Under the pieces are notes generated by a model. That model ran no database searches. It had not been told where the DNA came from and saw nothing but the letters and a program-made list of their open reading frames with translations. This document shows, in pieces, positions 10,784 through 22,900 of a DNA stretch of 64,000 nucleotides. The position numbers and the translations under genes are program-made. Origin of the DNA: Bilabrum cf. latius (taxonomy: Eukaryota); the NCBI GenBank assembly GCA_965178125.1, contig OZ237739.1:1488001-1552000 (forward strand), read 5' to 3'. How positions within the stretch are numbered: the stretch's first letter is position 1; each line of letters starts with the position of its first letter.

Positions 10784-13189
10784 ATGGCTGCCTCGGTAGT
10801 CTCCCTTGGCGTGCAATCGAGCGCATCGACCGACGATGATTCTGAGTGAGAGCAGGCAACCGAGTTTGCCGACCCGTCTGAGCGCAACAAGCGCTACTTT
10901 CTACAATACACACTATATTTGCTTCATTGTGTCTGCCGCAGCTTGGAAGAAGAGCTCAACTTGATCCGTCAGCCCGCGAGCGAGCAAATGAAGCAGCTGA
11001 TGCAGACCGCCGTGATCTAGAGACAGAAGTCATTCGCAAAGGTAAAATCATCCATTAAAGGGGCAGTATCGAGCTTGCTACTCAATGTGGCGACCATGCT
11101 TGGAGAAAAGGCGGCTAGCGGGATCGACAGGCTGCGAAGCAGCTTGGAGCAGTACAGGGAGGCTCATGGCGAGCTTCCGAGGCCCCCAGCCGCAACTATA
11201 TCAAGCACCATTGAATAGGTACATACTGTAAGCACTGCCACAGCCAGTCAGTTTGAGAAGAAAGCCCTGGAGTGGGTATAGCAGCAGATGGTCCAGGCCG
11301 AATCGGAGCTCGCTGCTGCCAACGAGGCGGCCAGAGCGCTGTCGCAAGCGGAGCGAGATCTGACCCAAACTCTTTCCGAGGAAGAAGCCAGGTTGGCTTA
11401 GCAAGCTGAGCGCCTGTGCAAGTCAGCTCTCATGCACAGCGAGCGGTCCTGGCGAAGGTTCCTGGAGCGTCGGCAGAAGCAGCTCGACGACGGGCAGCAC
11501 AGGCTGTACCGCGATTGCTGGAACATGTTCAGCAGCACCGGAGCGGCAGGAGCAGGAGCAGGAGTAGCCGAGTTCGCACGCACCGAACAATAGGATGAGG
11601 ACGAGGACTGCGATGCTCCTATGCCCGCCCTCCTGCCTGCCCCCCTGGGCTCAAACGTCGCCGCCCATGCTGGTGCCATTCCAGGCAGTCAGGCCCGTGG
11701 ACGCCTTGAGGTGAGCCCATACAAGCTCGAGGAGTTCTCCTTCACTGCGGGGGCCCCCTTCGATAAGAAGAAGAAGCCGATGGCAAGAGACGCAGCACTT
11801 GCGCCGCAGCCCCAGACCACAGGCCGCCATGCATCGAGAGGCACTGCCAAGCCCTCGGCTCTGCGGTCTAAAGCTACAGCAAGCTAGCCGCTGCGCACCA
11901 TCCCAGAGGTTGGTGTGGATGAGGAGGGCGAGGACGAGGAGGAGGACGAGGGCGAGGTGGGGCGCAGGGCCGCCCGGCAGAGGCGCACCGCTGGAGGTCG
12001 CGGGAGTGCAGCTCTAGCCACCCAGGCCCCAATGAATGGGGATGACAGCGAGGACGAGGACGAGGACGAGGAGTGGAAGCAGAGCCAGGGATCGACCCCA
12101 ACCAAGCAGAGGCCCGCTCGCGCCAAGCAGGCATCGAAGCCCGCAGCCAGTCGGGGAGCAGCAGGCAAGCCAGCTCTCGAGTCCCTGTCTGCCAAGCCGT
12201 CAAGCCTCAAGCGGCTTGTTACGCAATAGAGCCAAGCTCGGGGCGACTCTGACTCGGAGACTGCCGGAGACGATTCCAACGACGACGATGAGGATGAGGA
12301 TGAGGATGAAGACGAGGTCGAGGATGAGCTGGAGGACCCCCTGCTGGCTTCCATGCTGAGCCAGAGCAGGAGCAAGCAGAAAACCCCGCGGGCGGGCGTG
12401 GCGAGCCTGGTTGCATCTAGCCAGTCGGGTCAATGTGCGAATCGCGGGCACTCATCCTCTTCGTCATCCTTTTCCTCTTCCTCCTCATCCGGGGGAACCC
12501 TGCGGCGCCGGAAGGCCCCCAGTAGGGTGGCAGGACTGGCCAGACCCAACAAGAAGACGTCTGGGGCGCGTGGCACCACTGCCGCGCCCCTAGCGGTAGG
12601 CAAGTCCAGCCCGGGTCCCAAGAAGGTCAGCTTCAACGACACCGTGCAGCAGCGGACCATCCAAGAAAGGGTCCTCGCCCAGGGCAGGGGTAGTGGCAAG
12701 AGCAAGGCCAAGGGCAAGGGCAAGGGGAAGGGGCAAGCTGCAGCGCCAGCGGCGGGCGTTTCCCCCGGATCCAAAGCCAAACAGGCTACAGTCTCTGGAG
12801 CAGGGACCAAATAGCCATCATAGAAGGCGACTGAGTCTTCAGGGGCACCCCCGGCACTGCATGCAGTTGGCAGGAAGACCGCAACAGTGGCACCCACTGG
12901 CGCCGGGAAGGATGAGACGCCGCCTGGTGCGCGGAGCAAGCAGCAGGATCAGAGGGGGAGGGGGGCATCTGCGGGGGGAGGTACCCCGGGAGGATTGGGA
13001 GGGGGACCTGGCAGAAAGACCTCCGGTGCAGCCATTCGGAGCATCTCGGCCGGGAAGCCCCGCCCGCAGCTGCGGCTGTCTCTGGCCTCGGCGGGGCCCG
13101 TGCGCCTGTCACAGCAGGGAGGCGCACTCCGGCGCAAGGCCAGCCGCGGAGGGCCTTCCAAGCTCGGCAAACTTACCAGCCGGCGCTGA
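10784..13189 (+). CDS. Hypothetical protein, ~769 aa, helical/coiled-coil N-half and acidic/basic low-complexity C-half, intron 10846-10941
   Basis: ORFs 11621, 11915, 12353 and 12887 share one frame separated only by TAG (9 counted, including GTA TAG CAG CAG at 11279). The intron GTGAGA..CCGCAG removes an in-frame TGA. Ends TGA at 13189. Confidence 0.7.
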
Positions 13190-13464
13190 AAATGGTGCTC
13201 GGGAGTATCGGCTGTGCCGAATGTCGACGCGTGGTGGTGGATCGGTCCGCTCCGGATCGGGCTGATGATCCGACGCGATTGTCGCACTTACAAGATTTTT
13301 CAACTGTGAAACCTTTGCAAAGCCATTGAAATCGATTGTTTGAATACCACAAAGGTAGTCTAGCAGAGAGCTACCCCACAGCATCCCAGTGGAGATTTGA
13401 TTAGCAAGTGGGGAAACTCACTCGCTGTCCGGGAAAGGATACATACGTCTTGAAATATCGTGGT

Positions 13465-16400
13465 ATGGCAAGTCTACCAGACGAAAACGAGCCTGTCGGC
13501 TTTGACGAGTCAGAGAGCGATGACGAAGAGATGGAGGCTGCGATCCAAGCCGCCAAGAAGCGATTGGAAGAAGCCAAGAAACACAGGAAACAGCACCATG
13601 ATGTCGCGGCGCATGTTGAGAAAGATGCAGCAAAGGAAGACCAAGAATTCGATGGATTGTTCTCGCCAACTGAGTCTGGGGCAGGCCTCGAAGGCGAGTT
13701 CCCGGCTGGGCACTCTTCTGGGGCAGGGCGTTCCGCCAAGCCATCCCTGCTGGGTCTCTCGTCCACAGGAACCACACCTTAGGCTGGAGATTTAGATGAT
13801 TTGCTGGCATCTCTTGGTGGGCTCTAGCAGTCCAACACCTAGAGCAGCGACCTCGGGCTCAGCCCCAATCCAGCCGTGGGAGACGATCAGGAAACGGCGG
13901 GCTCGCCGGGCCACAAGCAAGCCAGGGACACCTTCGGAACCGTGGGTGGATCTGCTATGCTTGGAATGGGTAGCTCGGCTGGGATTGACGGCGCGTTGCC
14001 GGGGACAGGGGCGAGCGCCGCCGTGCAGGCGCAGGTGCGAAGGGCCCGCGCCGAGGCGGCCAAGCGAGCCCGGGCCCTTCTGGATGGAGAGATGCAGGCG
14101 GCTCGCCAGCGCGTGGGAGAGGAATCCAGCGCAAGAAGTGCTGCTGCTGCTGCTGCGAGTGGCAGCAGCATGGGCGGGGGCCATGGGGCGGGTGGCGGCA
14201 CGGCGGCCTACGCCGAGGCCCTGCTGGCCGAGGGCGAGGGCGAGGGCGAGGGCGAGCACGGGGCAAGTGCCTCGGGGGGCGAGTCTGCAGCGAGGGGCGC
14301 GGCGGCCCGCACGGAGGCGCAGGCGCGGGCACAGAAAGACCGTGAGGCTGTGCTTCTGCGTGCTCTGGCGCGGTGGGCCCGGGCCCGGGCCGCTGAGGAG
14401 GATGGACAGCAGCAGCGGGGGGGCTCCGGCGATGGTGATGGTGAGGGCGATGGCGATGGCGATGGCGGCCGCGTGAGGGCCATCGCGCAGGCGTTCAAGA
14501 AGAGCAGTGGGGACTTCCGGCACGGGAGAATTGATGCTGAGGGGTACTGCAACGCAGTGCAGGAGCAGCTGGGCACAGAAGGCGCGCGGGCGGTGCTGCC
14601 GCTGGCTGCTGCCGCCGTGCCCGTTGCCGACCGGAGGATGGCTTTGACTCGGGGGCTGGCAGCATGGATGGGGAGACAGGCGGGTGGAAGTAGGCACGGT
14701 GCGAGCAAGCCAGGGAAGGAGAGTGTAGGTCCTTCCAGGAGTGTAGGTCCCTCGGGCAGGAAGGGATACCTGGCGGCGGCAGGAACAGTGCGCTTGACCG
14801 CGGTGGGGGAGGGGGTCGGTCAGAGTGTTGGGGAGGACCACGAGCAGGAGGTAAGTGCGGGGCGAGAGGGTGTATCGTACATTGACGCGGTGAAGCGGCG
14901 GGCGCAGGCACTGGGGGGAGGCGCTGGGCCAAAGCCCGTGGGTGCTGCTTCCAGTGAGAGCGGGGGCGTGCAGGGAACAGGGAGGAGGATCGCAAGGGCT
15001 GACCCGCTCGCTCCTGCACCTGCACCTGCACCTGCACCTGCACCTGCACCTGCACCTGCACCTGCACCTGCACCTGCACCTGCACCTGCACCTGCACCTG
15101 CACCTGCACCTGCACCTGCACCTGCACCTGCACCTGCACCTGCACCTGCACCTGCACCTGCACCTGCACCTGCACCTGCACCTGCACCTGCACCTGCACC
15201 TGCACCTGCACCTGCACCTGCACCTGCACCTGCACCTGCACCTGCACCGATCGAAGCCGCGGCATCAGGCGATGGATCCGAAGCCGCCGTGTCAGAGGCC
15301 TCTGTGGCGGCCATCGCGGAGCAGCGCAGGGCAGCAGCAGCTGCCTCAAGCGGGCAGGGGGGCAAGATCGGGGCAGCACATGAAGCGGCAGAGGAGGAGG
15401 AGGAGCAGGCGGCAGCAGCTGCGCGTGCAGCCGAGGAGGAGGCGTTGGAGCCGCCGGCTGTAGGACGGTGGAACGAGGGCCGGCTTAGCATCCGGGTGTG
15501 GGGGGCACAGGAGGAGAGCAAAGAGAGTTTGACGGTGGACGCGATCGAGAGAACAAGAGGGGCAGCGGCCAGGGCTGGCGCAGGGGGTGCGGCCCCTGAC
15601 ACGTACATCACGTATGTGATGCAGGTCGCGTGGCAGTACTCGTACACAGATGGGGAGGCTGATGCAGCGGGTGGAGTTAGCACAGCGGCTGGTGCTGGGG
15701 GGGGCACCAAGACCAAGACGTTCATGGTTAGTCGCCGGTATCGCGAGTTTGAACAGCTGCGCATCGACCTCGCCGAAGCCCTGCAGCACTCCAAGGAGAC
15801 GCAGGCCTCCCTGCTGGGCAACGTGTTCGGCACATGGCTCCCCGCGCTCCCCGGCAAAACCCTGTTCGTGGACGGCAGAGACGAAACGGTGGTCAAACAG
15901 AGGCGGCTGGGCCTGCAGCGCTTCCTACGGGAGACCCTCAAGCAGTTCCCCACGGCCCTGCAGCAGCCGTGCATGGATCGCTTCCTGCTGCTGGGGCCCT
16001 CCCTCGGCGGGATCCTCAGCGAGAGGCTACTACGAGACGAGGGAGCGATGCAGCGGGCACAGCAATCGTCACACCAGCAGAGGAGGAGGCAGCAGCCGTA
16101 GCAGCAGCCGGCTCTGGGACAGGCCCCTCCCGGCTACCCGCATCCGGTGGCTGATATGCGGGCGGCGGGCGCGAGGAGCAGTGCGCCGGCGTCGGCGTCC
16201 ACCCGTCCCGGGGGGGCCGGAAGAGGAGGTGTCGAGACCCCAACCTAGGGTGGGAGCAGCGGAGGGTCAGGATCTGGGTCAGGGGCAGGGGCCGGTTCCA
16301 AGAGCGGCGGTAAGCGCGCCCCTCCCCGCCTGCTGAATGACAAGCGCATGACCCAGCTCGAGACTCTGGTTGCGCTGTTCGAGGCGTCCGTGGGGCAGCT

Positions 16401-16698
16401 GGACGCGTCTCGGTCGGACCCGAGGAGGAGCGCTGATCTGGTGCACCAGGCGAACAGGCTAAAGTTCGAGCAGGGGCGGCTGCAGTTCACGCTGGCGATG
16501 GCGCAGTCGGGGGAGCTTCAGAGTTTCTTGGCCGAGGGGGAGGACGCGTCCGTGATCGCGGCGCGGTGCCTGCAGGCCGAGGAGCAGCTGCAGACCGCCA
16601 TGGGCACGTTCGAGAGCATGTGCTTGCTTGCGTCCCATGTGTTTGGACCGTTGCAGGCGCGAACGCAGGGACATTCGATGGTGCGACCTGGCCAGTGA
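13465..16698 (+). CDS. PX (phox homology) domain protein, ~1077 aa, with a (Pro-Ala)39 linker
   Basis: TYITYVMQV...VSRRYREFEQL...LPALPGK...QRRLGLQRFL at ~15600-15990. ORFs 13408, 13876 and 16348 are in one frame joined by 5 TAGs. Ends TGA. Confidence 0.8.
15013..15246. repeat. (CCTGCA)39 perfect microsatellite encoding poly(Pro-Ala)
   Basis: 234 bp perfect hexamer array read directly from the sequence. Confidence 0.97.
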
Positions 16699-16844
16699 CC
16701 TGCCAGCAGTGCGACGCAAACTTGCTGCCACTGGCAGTGGTGATGATGATTCGCTCGTGTTCCGTGGGAAATTGTGGTCTGTCTGCGGGGTACACCGGCT
16801 GCATCGAGTGCTCATGCAGACCTTAGTATTCGACTTTGTTAGAT

Positions 16845-19250
16845 ATGTCGATGAGTGCAAAACGAATCGGTCCGTCAGCGTGCTCATCGCCCTTATTTAG
16901 ACAATTTTTACTTTGTGTGAGCCCGCGGCGGAAATTGCACTTCGCTTTGAGACCCCGCCGAAATACAATCTTCATTCGACGGCCCCTTAATGATAGCACA
17001 GACGGATTTTCGTTGGATTGTTCATACATTGGAGAAACACGGGACCTATTCGAGCAGTTGGACGTGGATGGGGTAACGCCACGGGGTCGGTAAGTTACGC
17101 CGCGCTGCAATAGCTATCGAGCTAAGCGCATCGAGCACGCACGTTTAGACTTTTCCTAATCTTACTGTACCACAGATGGCTGGAGACTGTTCTGATCTGC
17201 TTGCTCGTGTGTCAGGTAAGCCATTTACGGAACAAATCGGCTGGTGCGCTGCCCCTTCTAGGTCCAGTTCCATGTTTAATAGAGGTTTTCCTAATCTGTG
17301 ATGCAGGTAGTTGCATCTGCTATGGCTGTTTCTTGGTCTAGTCGAGAGGACGAGTACTCCTGGTGCATGTGCTGCTACTGCTTTGCACCCCTCTATTTCA
17401 GCTTCTCTGGCGAGGAGCAGTACAGAAACGCGATCGACGGGCTTCGCATGCAGCAGCCGATGTCGTTTCGGCCCACGTCTGACATTGCAGGAGCAGCCTC
17501 ATTTGCATTTGGAGCCGCTGGGCTCACCGCCGTGGTGCAGGCCGTGGTGCTATCGGCCATCGTCGGGATGACCAACGAGGCCATCGTGAACGGGAGCACC
17601 ACCAAAACAGCCGAGGAGCTCCTGGGCACCTCTGCCATACTATTCGCCCTCTCTCTCGCCAACACGGCCTACACAGTCATGACCACCACAGAGGGATACA
17701 TTGGCAGCCTCACGGGCACCGCAGTGGTTGCATCCAGGCAGCACGTGCAAGCCCTCAAGGAGCGTCGGGGGGACGGGGACGATGACTCCCCCGACGGGTG
17801 CACCACCCTGGCGCAGTACACCTCCAAGAGCCGCGTCAGACTCAGAGACCCCATCGGACAGCTGCCGCGGGCAGCCGGCATCGCCGCTGTGGGAGCGCTC
17901 ATGCTTGCCGTGGCCATGGGCTCCAGCTACTACGACATCGCCGTGGCCTTTGAGCAATAGGACGTGGTGCCTGACGCCATCGGAAGAAGGCGCATGAGTA
18001 CAGCGCGCGATGTTGCGTGGGGCGATGCGGCCGATGGTGCCGCGGTCCTGCGTCTGGACTCGTGGCACGAGGCCGCTGGCGCTCCGGACTCAGAGGAAGA
18101 GGGATTCAACCACGAGGGGGTGCATGGGCTGCTGCAAACTGATGGCACAGCGTGGGAAATGGGGGCAGAGGCTCGTGTTTTGCAGGGAGGTGGAACGAAC
18201 AGTACCGGCAACAAAACTGCGCTCTCGTCAGTGCTGGACCGAGAGAGCGCGCTGGTGCTCAGGAACGTGCTGGCGGTGCGCGTGTCTTCTCTTTTCCTCG
18301 CAGTGGGGTGGGCATTCTGGGTGGGCCTGCTGTTCGTGCTGCTGGGCGTGCTCGGATGCATTGAGTAGTCCTGCTGCAAGGATGACGGGATTGGCGACGG
18401 TTTGGTGGCACTGGGTACTTTCGCCGGGATCGGGGCAGCCATCCTCGTGGCATTTGTGTTCCTCATGGTGGGGCTCGTAGGGGTGGGGATCGTGGGGGGC
18501 TTGGCCTTCACCGGGTGGGTGGCCCGCTCCTTCTTCCAGTCGCTCGCCACGTTCAACCTGGACGAGGAAGAAGTAAACGCAGAGGGAATAAGCGCCGCGC
18601 TTCTCGTGTCGGGCCTCCGGTGCTGCATGCCGAGGATCGTGTCGGACGAGGAGCTGCACCAAGGGGCAGACACGGAGAGCCAGAGGATCATCCGCAGGCT
18701 GCACGAGCCGCTGTACGTGGCCAACTGGGCCTGCAGGGGAGTGTGCCTGTCGGCGCTGCTCGACGTGGGGCTAGGCGTGTATGCAATGCTGAACGCGACG
18801 CTGTTTGACGCTCTACGCACCGAGCTGATCGAGGGCTACGAGATCGGGATCGTGTGCGGGCTGCTGGGGATCATCTTGAACGGCTTAGCTCTACCATTGC
18901 TGGTGTACGTGTGGTGCAGCGGGGTGCTGAGCATGACGAAGGAGCAGGATGGGGATATGGTGGGGGAGCAGCTGGACATGTCCTACGACCCTGCGTCTCT
19001 AAGCCTGGTGGAGGCCGCGGTGCTGCGGATGGACGGGGACGTGCTGCACATATTCAACAACATGAACCTGCTGAAGTAGAAGAGCGAGGCCGAGACGTCT
19101 GACGGGGGCGTGGGCATGCTAGACAAGGACGAGGGCGACCCGGTCGAGGTGGCTAGGGGGCTCGGCCAGGTGTACGCGAGTGCCAGTGGGGGTGCGGGGG
19201 CCGACAAGGGCGAAGGAAAGGGGAAGGGGAAGGGCTCGGACCAGGTGTGA
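16845..19250 (+). CDS. Multi-pass membrane protein of unknown function; introns 17090-17175 and 17216-17306; both ends uncertain
   Basis: Hydrophobic ORFs 17298, 17964 and 18402 are in one frame, with TAG at 17958, 18366 and 19077. Two phase-compatible GTAAG..CAG introns link them to the 16836 ORF. First TGA is at 19248-19250, but a further intron near 19245-19311 could extend the gene. Confidence 0.6.
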
Positions 19251-19926
19251 TCGCAATAGGGCAGCCAGCCGATTCTGTGTTGTGTGGCTGAACTGGTCTT
19301 CGTGCTTTCAGTTTGCGCGACAGACGACGGGCGACCGGGAAAGCATCCGCAATATCGCATGCGTTGGTGAGGCCACCAAGGTCAATGAGATTGAGGTCGC
19401 GCGTTGGGTGCAGTACCCGATCGAGGTGCAGGATCAGATGCGACGTAGCGAAGCAGAGGAGAGAGCACGGTTGATGAGGCCAGTTCAGTGTGGTACGGGC
19501 AAGGACGGCGGCGAGGGGCGGTCGAGGGGGGGGGGGCGGGCGGAGTAGAGACGGGTGGCGGTTCACCAAGCGGGTGGGGGAGTAGTGGAGGAGGAGATGA
19601 TTGTTGGGGCTATCTGGTTGGTAGACGGCGGATTGAAAGGTGGAGGCACAGGCCGGGCAGGTGATGGTGTGGGCGTGTGGGTGACGAGTGGCTCGGATTA
19701 GGGATCGGATCACCCGACCACACCCGGATGCGGATGAGGAAGATGGGAGGTCACAGTTAGACTTGAGCGGCAATCAAGCTGCGTGCTGTTCGGGCGGTTG
19801 GGGACAGCGCTCGCCAGTTTTTGCCATAACAGCCTCCTGCTCGGATTGTGGAATCCAACAATGTGGATCAAAATAAGGCGTCGACGAACAAGAAAAGGAC
19901 TTAGACTTGAGATCAACGCACGCCAT

Positions 19927-22900
19927 TCACCCAATCACGAGCTCCGACTTTAGGAGTTGCCTCACCGACCACCGATCGCTTGCCTGGGCCTCGAGAAGCC
20001 CGCGGATGGAGGAGGCACCCGCCTCTCCGGCTGCATCCAGCGCCACCAGCCCGCTGCCAGCAGCGTCCATCCCCTTGAGCCGCTGCTGCAGCCCGATCAC
20101 ATCGTCCATGAGCAGCGGGCTGGATCCTCCCGCCACTTCCTACAGTGCCCCCGCGCCCAGTCCCTTCGCCATCCCGCCCCACACCTCGAGGATCGCCCGC
20201 CTCAATGTGAAGGTCGGGCCCAGCGCCGCCGCTACCTCGCTGGGATCCACCACGTGCTGACCGGTGCAGGCCCTGTGCAAGCAGCACCCCAGCCTCCAGC
20301 AGTCAGCCTGCGGCATGCGGGCGGGCATGCAGGCGTCCTCGCAGGCAGGGCCCAGCTTGCCCCCCTGTCCCGATTGGCCCAGCAGCACGCCCACCACCTC
20401 GCTGGGAGAGATGCCGCCCGTGCTCAGCAGTGCCTCCGGAGAGGCGCAGCACAGCCGGTCCACCACCTTACGCCCGTGCGCCCCGCTCAGCTTGGTCTCT
20501 AGCCAAGACCGCATCCTGTTAAGGGCCATGGGCAGCTCGTGCTTGACGCGCTGCCAGCCGGCTGCAGCCCGGGCTGCGACTGATCGCACTAGCGGCTTGC
20601 TGTCAGGGGTGTGCGCCGCGGTCACAAAAGCAGCCAGCGGCTCCATGGGCTCCAGGCAGTCCAGCCCGCGCACGAGAGCAGCCCCGCCCTCGTGCCTCAG
20701 CACCACGTCAGAGGGACACAGCCCAGAGACTGACACGCACCGCTCCTGGCACCGCAGCAGCGCGCGCCCGCACTCAAATGCCAGTCGCTTCAGTGCACCC
20801 CCTGCCATTGGTCCCGTCAGAGTCGCGATGGTCTGCACCCCGCCCTCGGTGCCAGGCTCAGAATCGCTCGATCCCTTGGGCTCGCCATCGTCCTGCAGGA
20901 CGAGGGCAACGGCCGCCCGCGCCGCTTCCGTTCCCAAGGCGGGGTCGCCCATTGCCAGACTTGAGGGAACAGCCAGGTGCGGGTGCCGGCCGATGCGCGC
21001 CAGCCGGCCCACACCAAGGCCCCGCGCCGCTGCTGCTCCCAGCTGGGACCCGTCGGCCAGCCCCCCCTTCCTGGGGTCGCTTCGGGGACGGTCTGCCTCC
21101 CCGTCCTCCCCATCGCTGTCGGACCCCGCGCCGCTCCTCACAGCCGCCACCACCGAGCTCAGCCGCGACGATCTGCTCCGGATCCTCGCCTGCGCCGCCT
21201 TGGCCGCCGCCGCTGCCCGCTCCGATTCCCCCACGGCCATGGCATGCAGCGCGGCCACGCACCGCCCCTGGTCCCCGCTCGCGGCGAAGGACTGCACCAC
21301 CTGCACCAGCGTCTCCGGGCGGGCCCCCGCCGGCGGCTTCCAGTGCTCCGGCAGCTGGGACAATCCCTTGCCGGAGGGCGCCGCCCCTGCCTTGCCGCCC
21401 AGCAGCACGGCAGCTCCCGCCGCAGCCGCCGCCAGCGAACCCCCTGGAGAGTGCACCCTTCTGGCCAGCGCCACCCGGGCCAGCGCCCTCCTGAGGCTAG
21501 AGGCGAATGCTACCACCGGACTCATGGCACCCTGCTGCACACCGTCAGATGCGCCCGTGGAAATGCAGTCACCCACCAGCACGCCCCCTTGTCCTCCGGC
21601 TCCCGTGCCGCTGCCTTCACCCTTTGCTGCGCCTTCGCCTGCCCTCTCGTCCTCCTCCACCGATGGCACCGCAGCGGCCCCCATGCAGGCGGGCAGCAGC
21701 CAGGTGCTCCTCCCCTGCGCGCCCTCCGTGTCGTCCTCGTCCACCAGCGCACGGCCAGCCACCGCATCATGCTCGGCGTCGTACGAATCAGGACGGTCAC
21801 CAGAGTACCCCTGGGACGAGGAGGATGACGAGGACGAGGACGAGGAGGCACCACCAGAGTGCCCAGGGCGCGTGCCCTCCAGCACCCATCGCTCCGCTAG
21901 CCTCGCCGCACCAGGCGCACCAAGATCGAGCCCGTCTCCCGCCGGTGCCACCGTCATGCGCCCAGCCGCTCCCTGCTGCTTGGTCTCCATCGCGGCCGAT
22001 TCCATCAGACGCAGGCACCTCGCCACGTCTTCTGCTCCGATCACCACGTCAGCCACGCCAGTATCGGCTTCGAACGCTGCCCCGCGCGAGGCGGCCAGCT
22101 GGGTCCGCTCTCCCACAACTTTGACCACCTGTGACTTGAGCTGCCTCAGCGCCGTTTTGGGATCCCCTGCGGTCGATGGCGAAGCGGCAGGGGGCGAGGC
22201 AGTGGGCGAGGAGGAGGAGGGAGCGCCATCCTCCCCTGCCTACCCCTGGGTAGCCCCCAGGCCCACCCCCTCGCCTGCCCCTGCCCCTGCCCCTGCCCCT
22301 GCCTCCATCGCAGCTTGCCCCCTCTATGCGGCTGCCTGGGCGGCCTGCACCGTGGCGCGGAGGCTCCTCCCCGCACTCAGCTGCATGGGCGGCTCAATCC
22401 CCGGCCACCGCAGGTCAGCTGGGGCCAGGGCGTCGGCCCCAAAGTGACCGGGTGTCATCACGAACGGTCGCAACCAGTCGGGGCGGACGCTCGCACGGGA
22501 GCCAGAGGCTGCAGCAGCCTCGGGCGCGCTGATCTTGGACGATCTCCCGAGGTATCCGCGGGCCAGGCGGTGGACCCGTGCAGCACCCACGGCCACGGCT
22601 GCGGCTGCGATCGCGTGCGGCATGCAGTGCAGCACCGCTGCAGGTCTCCTTTCCAACAGCAGCGCCACCTCACAGAGGGCCACTTTGGCCACTGCCTTGA
22701 GTACAGGTGCGTGGTAGCACCTCTCCGCTTGGGCAGCTGCCGCCACCTGCTCGCTCACGGGCGGGCCCCCGGCATGCTCTACCGCTGGGCTCGAGGTGCC
22801 TTCCGCTGCTGCTGATGCCGATGAAGAAGACGATGACGAAGAGGACGTTGCAGCTCCAGCACTGGGAAGACTCGCCTCGCCCTGCCACTTGCGAGCCGCC

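Noticed and set aside
14495-15463. Poly(VQ), poly(LH) and poly(AG) ORFs
   Set aside because: Alternative frames of the CCTGCA microsatellite.
19251-19926. Separate gene downstream of the membrane protein
   Set aside because: No convincing start or family; it may be an extra 3' exon of the 16845 gene or UTR.
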